In this document: piece by piece, positions 54,104-64,000 of the stretch
Position numbering within the stretch: position 1 is the stretch's first letter
Layout: every line of letters starts with the position of its first letter
Assembly (NCBI GenBank): GCA_000002445.1
Contig: CH464491.1
Span: forward strand, 1,664,001 to 1,728,000
DNA length: 64,000 nt
From: Trypanosoma brucei
Lineage: Eukaryota
Direction: 5' to 3'
Notes under the pieces: generated by a model
The model's database searches: none
What the model was told of the DNA's origin: nothing
The model's input: only the letters and a program-made list of their open reading frames with translations
Translations under genes and position numbers: made by a program

Positions 54104-54862
54104 CTCAAGCAGTGAGAAAGGAGGGGGGAAATAATCATCTTAAAGCTTCTCAATGTAAACGAAAAGGAGAACTGTAAATCAAAAAAAGGTATGGAAACGA
54201 CTGATCACACCATCAGTACGCACAAGCAGATGGCAATCCCTTCCCTCGACCTCAGTTACGCTTTGGGCGGACTGTCTTTCGGTGGAAGTGCATCTTCGAT
54301 GAGCGCTCCTTGCGAGCAGCACACACCTTCTTCATGCGAGTGATGGTACATGCCATCTTGCGCGCGCGACGGTATGCCATCTTAGCAAGGTCGGGGCGGA
54401 TGTCGGCAACAGCTCTCTTCACCACTGATGACTTCACGCCAGGTTCCATCACAGTCTTCTTATACATCAACTTGGGCTTGTTGTTTGTATCACCGCTCTT
54501 TGTTGTCAGGAGGATGCGATCACCCTTCGTCTTTATCACTGCGGCCTTCGTGTTCAGGAAACCAGACTGTCGCTTTGTCCAATTCGCGTTGTTATTGAAC
54601 GGATCACTGCTCAATCGAATGCCATTCCGCTTCTGCAGAAATTTACTGTTCTGGCGAACCAACAGCCACTGAAGATCAGTGGAGTGCGTCATTTGTTTCT
54701 CACACCCTACAGTACAGGCAACAGTAGAAACAGGAACAGAAGGATGAATAAGGAAAATATATGAGAGAGCGCTGAACAATGGGCTCCACTTGGTGAGGAG
54801 AGCAGTTAAGGGTGCGACAGACGGAGGAAAACTAAAACTCTCCCACCCAGATATTCGGAAGG
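54104..54862. repeat. Dispersed direct repeat, copy A (~759 bp), carrying the RPL28 gene plus flanks.
   Basis: Near-identical to 55671-56429 at a 1567-bp offset. Both start at ctcaagcagtgagaaaggaggggg and both end at cccacccagatattcggaagg. Confidence 0.9.
54252..54692 (-). CDS. RPL28: 60S ribosomal protein L28e, 146 aa (copy 1).
   Basis: MTHSTDLQWLLVRQNSKFLQKRNG... and ...RPDLAKMAYRRARKM... align to the eukaryotic L28e family (human HLQWMVVRNCSSFLIKRNK / RPDLRMAAIRRASAI). The track ORF is longer (226 aa) only because an upstream in-frame non-ATG codon was accepted as a start. The real start is the MTHSTDL Met. Confidence 0.85.
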   Translation of the reverse strand: MTHSTDLQWLLVRQNSKFLQKRNGIRLSSDPFNNNANWTKRQSGFLNTKAAVIKTKGDRILLTTKSGDTNNKPKLMYKKTVMEPGVKSSVVKRAVADIRPDLAKMAYRRARKMACTITRMKKVCAARKERSSKMHFHRKTVRPKRN

Positions 54863-55076
54863 TGCCATCATTACGTAGCACCCATTCCGTGGCAACATTA
54901 GTGTATGTCCCAACCTCACGACTCCCATACAAACACCAAAAGGGGTTATATATCTTTTTTATCTTAAATTTTATTTATTTATTTTTTTTACGATGCGGTC
55001 GAAAGGTTATTCCTCTTATCAACAAATAGCATAAGGGAAAACCAGTTGCAAAAAAAATCTGAGAAAAGTAGGGGGA

Positions 55077-55526
55077 CTAAGCAATACCCACGGAAACACC
55101 AGGAACCACAAACCTCTGGCGCCGGAGCAATACCATCTCTGCCTCGTGGAGTCGGTTGACCATTTCCATTGTGTCATTCCAACTACCGGCGCATACCCCT
55201 TCACTACCTTGCTGAGCATCCACGCAGAAGCGGTACAAAAGATCCGTTACGAGTGTTGAGAGTGAGACACGTTGAAGTGACGAGCCCCAAAATTTAGCAG
55301 CTATCCATATAGACGCCAGCTGCCTTTCAGCAACTGTACGCCGTTCCACCTCTGAGGACCACAAATCGATCACCGCAGCCGGCTTTGGGGGGCATTCAGT
55401 ACCCTCAACTCCAGCTATAAGAAGACGAGACGAATTTATAATTTTTTCCTGCAGTCGCGACCCTTCGTGGACGCCTAGCAGCTTGAAAAGTGCATCATGA
55501 AGTACGGGTGTCATATGGTGGCACAC
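55077..55526 (-). CDS. Orphan hypothetical ORF, 149 aa, between the two RPL28 copies.
   Basis: ORF in transcription-unit orientation with non-repetitive composition (MCHHMTPVLHDALFKLLGVHEGSRLQEKIINSSRLLIAGVEG...). No motif recognised. Confidence 0.3.
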   Translation of the reverse strand: MCHHMTPVLHDALFKLLGVHEGSRLQEKIINSSRLLIAGVEGTECPPKPAAVIDLWSSEVERRTVAERQLASIWIAAKFWGSSLQRVSLSTLVTDLLYRFCVDAQQGSEGVCAGSWNDTMEMVNRLHEAEMVLLRRQRFVVPGVSVGIA

Positions 55527-55670
55527 CTCAAACCACGCAATTGACTACACCTCAAAGCTAAAAAAGACTTAACTAACAAATAATTTCTCAAGAGCGAAGA
55601 AGGGGGGAAACGCGAACACTTGCTAATGTGAAAGAACATTCTCAGGTAACAAGTTTAAAAAATATGCCCA

Positions 55671-56429
55671 CTCAAGCAGTGAGAAAGGAGGGGGAAAAGA
55701 ATCATCTTAAAGCTTCTCAATGTAAACGAAAAGGAGAACTGTAAATCAAAAAAAGGTATGGAAACGACTGATCACACCATCAGTACGCACAAGCAGATGG
55801 CAATCCCTTCCCTCGACCTCAGTTACGCTTTGGGCGGACTGTCTTTCGGTGGAAGTGCATCTTCGATGAGCGCTCCTTGCGAGCAGCACACACCTTCTTC
55901 ATGCGAGTGATGGTACATGCCATCTTGCGCGCGCGACGGTATGCCATCTTAGCAAGGTCGGGGCGGATGTCGGCAACAGCTCTCTTCACCACTGATGACT
56001 TCACGCCAGGTTCCATCACAGTCTTCTTGTACATCAACTTGGGCTTGTTGTTTGTATCACCGCTCTTTGTTGTCAGGAGGATGCGATCACCCTTCGTCTT
56101 TATCACTGCGGCCTTCGTGTTCAGGAAACCAGACTGTCGCTTTGTCCAATTCGCGTTGTTATTGAACGGATCACTGCTCAATCGAATGCCATTCCGCTTC
56201 TGCAGAAATTTACTGTTCTGGCGAACCAACAGCCACTGAAGATCAGTGGAGTGCGTCATTTGTTTCTCACACCCTACAGCACAGGCAACAGTAGAAACAG
56301 GAACAGAAGGATGAATAAGGAAAATATATGAGAGAGCGCTGAACAATGGGCTCCACTTGGTGAGGAGAGCAGTTAAGGGTGCGACAGACGGAGGAAAACT
56401 AAAACTCTCCCACCCAGATATTCGGAAGG
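55671..56429. repeat. Dispersed direct repeat, copy B (~759 bp), carrying the second RPL28 gene.
   Basis: See copy A. Confidence 0.9.
55819..56259 (-). CDS. RPL28: 60S ribosomal protein L28e, 146 aa (copy 2, protein identical to copy 1).
   Basis: The cat at 56257-56259 is the ATG of MTHSTDLQWLL. The CDS is identical to copy 1. Confidence 0.85.
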   Translation of the reverse strand: MTHSTDLQWLLVRQNSKFLQKRNGIRLSSDPFNNNANWTKRQSGFLNTKAAVIKTKGDRILLTTKSGDTNNKPKLMYKKTVMEPGVKSSVVKRAVADIRPDLAKMAYRRARKMACTITRMKKVCAARKERSSKMHFHRKTVRPKRN

Positions 56430-57929
56430 CACAACAAACGAAAAGAATGACGCTTTCCCTGCCCCCACCGGGAGGTCACAGAAACTGAACCAAAAGACAC
56501 TGTGGAGAGGAAAAAAAGGGGGGGCGACACCACATTTTCCTTCATGAATAATACGTTGGTCGCGTTTTCCTGAATCGGGCGCGAAAAGGCAATCACTTCA
56601 CCTATTTGATGCCTGTGCGCGCGCATCGGCGTATTATTCTGTGCTTCTTCTTTCTCTCTCGTGTCGGAGGTTACTGTTCCATTTAAATATATGCAACGCG
56701 GACCAGTAAAATGAAGTTTCAGGAAATGAGAAGGAAACCCACAAAAATCGAGCAGGCGACGGACACAAGAGAGGCGATGCCTCGAGACGAGCGTCAGTTC
56801 CTTTCAACATTTAAAAATTTTTTTAAAGGCTAGGTTTAAAAAAAAAAAGAACGATATAAGGTTCATTTCCATGAAACTGAATGGTACGACTCACCCACTA
56901 AATTTTTTTCTATATTCACCCTCCTAGACCGGTGGGGTTGCCCTCACAAAAAACGACCATGTCCAGTTTTCCCGGTTAGGTGCGACACAACTTCTCAGAC
57001 CTCGCAGGTCTCTGCTAAGTTCTTTTTGCTTAATGTTAATAAGTGGTTAAATGACTTCCTCCTACCTCTGTTTAACATCACTTCTGAATTTATTGTTCAC
57101 TCTCTCGTTCCCCCACCCCCACCCTTTCTTCCGATGGCGGAAGTTCTTTTTTTTATTTTAAAAACAAATAAAACGGTTGGTGCCCTCTTGGGGTTAAAAA
57201 AGCGACCGTAATCGATTAATAAAGGTAATATATAAGCAGCTGTACATACACAAACTCCTTGTCTTTGCGTCCTTACACTGTAATGAACACTACAGGGAAA
57301 AGACGTTAGGATGCGAGAAAGGAAAAGTGAAGAAGACCATGTATCTATTCACTTAAACCCAAAAAACACGCGCACACGGCGGACTTACATATGAATCTAA
57401 ATTATTGCCATACTTTCTTTCTCCCTTTTTAGGGGTTGATATCTCCCCACTAATCACAAAAGAAGGATTGCGCAGCTCCCACACTCACTCCTTTAAGTCT
57501 ACATCTGTGCAGTTAATCAGGACAACTTTGGTAAGAGGAAAATTGCAATAAAGGTAACAAGTTCTCTTATCCAACATGATGCTTAATTACACGCGCATCT
57601 CCTTCTGCTCACCTGACGCTCTTCGCATCGGGTTGCTCGGCTCCCCACTTCTTACACGATGTACTCGTCCCCCAGTTGGAGCCATACAACAAATAAATAT
57701 ATATGCATCAGGGTGCCCATTGCACAAAAGTAACAAGAGGTGCCTAAACAAAAAAAAAAGAATGAAAGAGACTTTCCAATATGTGGAGCTCCAATTCCCC
57801 TCTCTCTTGCACCAACAACCATGACAACAGATAAACTCAACCCCAGAAGGAGAGTTCCCATCGGCCTCGATAGTGTGGTGAAAGCATGACTAATACATGC
57901 CATATGGAGAGTCACGCTCACAATCGAAT

Positions 57930-59453
<1,524 letters not shown>

Positions 59454-59496
59454 TTAACGCTAAAACTGTTTGTGTCGCTCCCTCAACTGTATGTTT

Positions 59497-59519
59497 GTAT
59501 ATATATATATATATATATA
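59497..59519. repeat. (AT)n microsatellite in the CYP51 5' flank.
   Basis: Seen directly: gtatatatatatatatatatatatag. Confidence 0.85.
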
Positions 59520-61003
59520 GACGTGCCTCGGATTTTATACACACGCACCCCCACACTGGCTATTTGTGCTGCGATAAATATAAGCGTTGATTTGTATTAA
59601 CCCTTTGCTTTTTTCTCTTTAGCTTCGTCCCGACCGCAATACCAAAACAGAGGAATAGGAAAACATTTTCCCATAATAAAAGTTGTGTGAAACAACAAAA
59701 GAGATTAGTAAAAATGCACAAGTAACGCCCACCCGCCCACCCCCAAAAGAAAAAAAAACATATATATAATAAAATAGGATGCCAATGTTCTTCTTTCAAC
59801 CTTCTTTTAAAGAAAAATAAAAAAAAGGAAGCAAAAAAGGAAGCGCCAATACCTTCACGAGTCCATCCATAAGACTGTGACGATGAATGAATGAATGGAA
59901 AAGAGGCTACTTCTCATTTCCACTCATACATACAGGCTTTCCTTTCAAGTCCTCCTTTATTTATCCACTCTAAGCAACCGTTCGCCACTTACAAGGGCAG
60001 TTGACCAAAGCGGAGAAACTTAAAAAAATGTGCATATATATAGTCACCTGCTCGCTGTGCCTCCCTGCGGCCACATAATTTTACAATTAAAAATCTTATC
60101 CCGATACAAAAAAAAAAAAACGTACCTACACTACCCGAAAAATGAAACCTCGATACTGACAAAAAAGCAAGGGTGAAATGGGGAAGGTAGGGCAAACAAA
60201 TATAGAAATTATATATATGTACATATGCATTTAAAAGGGTGAGCACAGGGGGGAAGAAATTAATAAAAGGATACCATCATACGCAACGAGCACGGCAATC
60301 ATATATGCCTCCATGACGCTACCAAAGAAAAGGCGATTATGACAACAGAAAGTAAGGGCGCACTGGTGCGACAGTTAATTGAAAGCAGACGAAACTCAGA
60401 AACCGAAACAAAAACAAAATACGTCGTGTTGTAAATGCGATGAGCGGATGCATGTGCAACGAAATAGTCACTTACTCAATCGTTCTTGGCGACAGCTACA
60501 CTCCGACTCTCTTCAAAAATGAAAAAAAAACATATATATATGCGCCCGTTTGCCCGCTGTTCTGCACAATAAACCTATTTGACATACAAAGGATGAAGCA
60601 GTTTTTTTTTAAAAAAAAAAAGCAAACCTCCGCGCACCGGCAGAACACAACCGAAGTACCGAATTGCGTGAGGGAAAGAGGTTAAAAAGAAAAAAAGCCA
60701 GACACCGCCGGAAACCGCTTCTAAATGTAACCACACGTCCCAAGAAGGAAGAAGGTAAAGTCACCACACACATACGCGCACAAGCTACCGCGTGGGAATA
60801 AAAATTGCAAAAACAACATGAAGCTTCACTTCAATCGAATCGTAGCAAGTATTCCCACCGCTTGGTCCATACTGGTATTTTCTCCCTCATCGTTCTACCC
60901 TTAATTTAACCCTTAAATAATACATATTTGTATATTACTTAAATGCCTTGATTTTGTGGTTTTCGTTGTTGCCAATTCAATTTAATGTTCCCGTCAACAC
61001 GCT

Positions 61004-62740
61004 CTAAAGTCGCTCTAGTTCCTTTGCCGCCGCCGCTGGCAGCACATTTCCCTGCCGTGGTTGCGACACTTGCCGCTTGCTCATGATGTACTCGTACGTT
61101 GTCATGTTGGCGCGGTTCAGCATGATATGGAAGCCTAACAAGTGTATCAAAGGGACACATGTTAGGAGGACAAGCGCACAGAACAGAAGAGGTCCGGCGC
61201 GAAAGTACACGGAATACGGCAGCAGACGGTTCCACCACTTCGCTAAAAACACAACAGCGGCTATCAGCCCTAGCACCATGCTACACAGAGCTGATGTAAC
61301 AAATGCTATGAATAACCGATAATTTTTCGAACCTATGCACATGTTAAGCCACTTGCAGTGGTGGTCAAACCCCTCAATGCATTTATTACACGCCTTGCAA
61401 TGTCGGGAATCGAGCAGCGTCCGTCGTTCACAAAACGAGCAGGGCTCACCCTCGTCATTTATATCCCCATTCTCTCTAAACGCAATGACCAACATCAGAC
61501 CAGATGTACACACAATGGAAGTGAGAACGAGCGTGCTGGACACAATTACCTCCCACAAACACTCCGAGCACCCCTCATCGCGGTACAACAGAACATAACC
61601 AGGAACCACTGAGCTCACAAAAAGGGCAGTGAAAGTTACTATCGTGCAAATCGCCATAATCTGCAGCGAATGCAGTGGCCACTGAAAAGCATGACGCCGT
61701 GGTTTATTGTATCGCCAGCTATCGGGGTTGGAGCGATCGACGCAGCACGAAGCGCATGGCGGGTGATTCCGAACTCTATCAGCAGGGGAATCGGAACAGA
61801 GACTATTAACGTCTCGTGACGCACGCAAAGCACCATCAGAAGGTGTCTGGTTGGGGTTTGACCATTGTGGGACCGCGATGCCATCGACACTGCACCCAGC
61901 GTGAGACTCACTACTACCATCACTGCTGTTGGTTGTGGTTTCTGAGTAACCACGATCACTGGTATTGATCTTTTGGGAAGAAAATGCACCATGCTGAGCA
62001 TTTAATTGGTTGTTCATAAAGGTGACCTCGCCATGATTTCGTCTATCCGACCCTCCAGGTGGTCGTACTACGCTATGTTGTTCACAGAAACTGGACACCG
62101 TGCTCCCTTTCATCCGGTCATTTGGCGGCCACGCAAGTTGAAGAGGACCCTCAATAGGTGGCAGCGGAGCTGGCACTACGGAGGCCATAGAGGACGGAAA
62201 GGTTCGTCCCGTATCCCTATCAGATCCCAACTCAGTGGCACGCGAGTGGTGTGAAGAAGGGGAGAGTCCACCTTTACGACCTCCCCGCGCCTTGTGGGAG
62301 GATATGCGATGATTTAAAGGGGAGAGGGCCGCTTCCTCCGCTGCACTATTTGCCTTCTCCGTCCCCCTTGCCAGCGGTGAATCGAGAGCACTGAGTTTCG
62401 TTGGGCCTTCGTTCTCGCCGGCGTCCCTCATGCGTGCAGTAATCTTCGCCCACGCATTTGCCTCGTCCTCTGCGGTACGCGATGCACAGGCCCCCTCCTG
62501 AGTGGTCTCAGGGTTCCTTGCGCCGCAAGTCGGCGAGCAACCTTCATCATATGATGACTCTTCTATGCACTGCCCCATCGCAGCGCCAGCACTATTACGG
62601 TTATTCCTGCTAACATCCCCCCGATGGCCACTTGAAGTTAAGGGGGGTCCCACCGTGTCAGCAGCACCGCTGACATCACTAGTGGATGATTGTGAACGGC
62701 GATGCCTCCGATTTCTCCGATGACCCTCCCGCGTTGGCAT
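61004..62740 (-). CDS. DHHC-type palmitoyl acyltransferase with a ~340-aa disordered S/R/G-rich N-terminal extension, 578 aa.
   Basis: The DHHC cysteine-rich domain reads CSFCERRTLLDSRHCKACNKCIEGFDHHCKWLNMCIGSKNYRLF. It is flanked by 4 TM helices (IMAICTIVTFTALFVSSVV; LVLTSIVCTSGLMLVIAF; LFIAFVTSALCSMVLGLIAAVVFL; LLFCALVLLTCVPLIHLLGF). Confidence 0.8.
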   Translation of the reverse strand: MPTREGHRRNRRHRRSQSSTSDVSGAADTVGPPLTSSGHRGDVSRNNRNSAGAAMGQCIEESSYDEGCSPTCGARNPETTQEGACASRTAEDEANAWAKITARMRDAGENEGPTKLSALDSPLARGTEKANSAAEEAALSPLNHRISSHKARGGRKGGLSPSSHHSRATELGSDRDTGRTFPSSMASVVPAPLPPIEGPLQLAWPPNDRMKGSTVSSFCEQHSVVRPPGGSDRRNHGEVTFMNNQLNAQHGAFSSQKINTSDRGYSETTTNSSDGSSESHAGCSVDGIAVPQWSNPNQTPSDGALRASRDVNSLCSDSPADRVRNHPPCASCCVDRSNPDSWRYNKPRRHAFQWPLHSLQIMAICTIVTFTALFVSSVVPGYVLLYRDEGCSECLWEVIVSSTLVLTSIVCTSGLMLVIAFRENGDINDEGEPCSFCERRTLLDSRHCKACNKCIEGFDHHCKWLNMCIGSKNYRLFIAFVTSALCSMVLGLIAAVVFLAKWWNRLLPYSVYFRAGPLLFCALVLLTCVPLIHLLGFHIMLNRANMTTYEYIMSKRQVSQPRQGNVLPAAAAKELERL

Positions 62741-64000
62741 TACTGGACACGCAGGCTAACGCTCTTCTAAGCTGGTGGGCGTGCCAAACACACCCGATAA
62801 TAATAGTAATAATAATAGTGATGAACTTCGCGCCCCACCACAAGAACACGAAGACTGTTCCGCAAGACACAGAATGGCCGGTGGTGTAAACTCGAAAATC
62901 TATGGACAACCGCGTGTGGTTGAGCTCCGCAGTATGCGGTGATGTACTATCCGGCCCACTCACTCCTCCCAACCTCCTAATGTGTTACACAACCCTCGCG
63001 TCAGAAGCGTGTAGTCGAATCAGCGCTCGGGTCAAAAGGAGTTGATATTACTTCAGTGTGTGTGAGTACACTAAACCTATATACTCAACTCACCTAATTA
63101 TGAATGAACAAGTGCCAAACAAGAAGAAGAGAGGAGGGAAAATGGGTGGCATAAAGCAAATGAGCCCCGACTAGGCTACACGACGAGTGATATTGGTGAC
63201 TGGGAACGCATATTGAACAAAACGTTCACTCTGTTGTGAACACAAAAAATCAAACCCGTTGGTTGAGACGATAACTTGACACACACACACACATGTTACT
63301 TACCAACGCCGTTTTACAAGGCACTATACCGCACATCTTTGAAGGCACACGAATAGTTCCGAGTTTTGACACAAACCATACCAACGAAAGGGATTCAAAA
63401 CATTTAGAGATGGCAAACTATTGTCAAATAGTATTTGTTCAACTGCAGTCACACCATCCCTTGGATACAACGACGGGTTGCGACTCATGGAAGGAATTTC
63501 TCTCGACTGCGGCGCATCGTCACAGCAACGACATATTTCGTATACCTTTTATTCTGCTACCTGATACAAGGGAAATAAGAGGGAAAGAAAAGTGAAGAAA
63601 TCATAAAACGCGATGGAGGTGCACAAAATGTGGCAACAACAACTCATGTGACGTGCACGCTCGTCCACTATAGTTACCGGCAGCGTGTAGACATATTATA
63701 TACCACCTTCATTCATTGTATCTCCCAGCAGCTGTTAAAACTAGAGAGAGCAACAAAAACGTTTTAAATTTACCACAATCACGTTTCCTCTTTTTAATTT
63801 TTTTTATTTTCATTTTTTTTTTGATTTCTTCTCCCCCTCTTCTTTCACTCCTTTCCCGCTGTTCACCTCCATCGCTTCAGAAAAGTAAGTCCATTTTGAT
63901 AAAAGCGGCAGATGTGAGAAGATGTAGTGGAGGGGAGCAGAGGGAAAAAAAATGAAACGGCGGGCAATGAAAGGGGGGGGAAAGGAAAGAACAAGAATAA

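Overview
The window reads as nuclear DNA from a kinetoplastid. The CYP51 sequence ([20 protein letters not shown]..., [14 protein letters not shown]) matches my recollection of Trypanosoma brucei sterol 14-alpha-demethylase, so this is probably a T. brucei chromosome-11-like locus. Every convincing gene is intron-less and on the minus strand: one unidirectional polycistronic transcription unit read right to left across all 64 kb, with no strand-switch region. Gene-length ORFs on the plus strand are antisense or low-complexity artefacts. Intergenic segments are purine-rich on the plus strand, which puts polypyrimidine tracts on the coding strand where trans-splicing needs them, and carry (AT)n, (CA)n and (TAA)n microsatellites. 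I see no CRISPR array, rRNA or convincing tRNA. Confidently recognised genes are the PI-PLC, the ABCA-type ABC transporter, SKP1, RPS15a, an Oxa1-like insertase, eRF3, Sec31, two RPL28 copies, CYP51, a DHHC palmitoyltransferase, a TatD nuclease and a Ras-like GTPase. Nodulin-like MFS and MFS-like membrane proteins, an ARM-repeat protein and an SH3 protein are recognised with less certainty. A giant 1707-aa protein and several smaller conserved-looking ORFs have no assignable function. The 3' end of the unit runs off the left edge as the 5' part of a gene whose signal peptide and periplasmic-binding-protein-like domain suggest a receptor-type adenylate cyclase (GRESAG4-like). I did not find a prokaryote-style novel system. 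The most unusual things are: a perfect 929-bp tandem duplication encoding a small signal-peptide/TM/acidic-tail protein; a dispersed RPL28 duplication with an orphan ORF between the copies; nested 135/48-bp repeats inside Sec31; a Sup35-like Q/G/Y-repeat N-domain with a PAM2 motif in eRF3; and a giant acidic protein with a C-terminal beta-sandwich-like domain. All coordinates and translations were derived by hand from the sequence and the ORF track. No database search was possible, so the homology calls rest on remembered family motifs.
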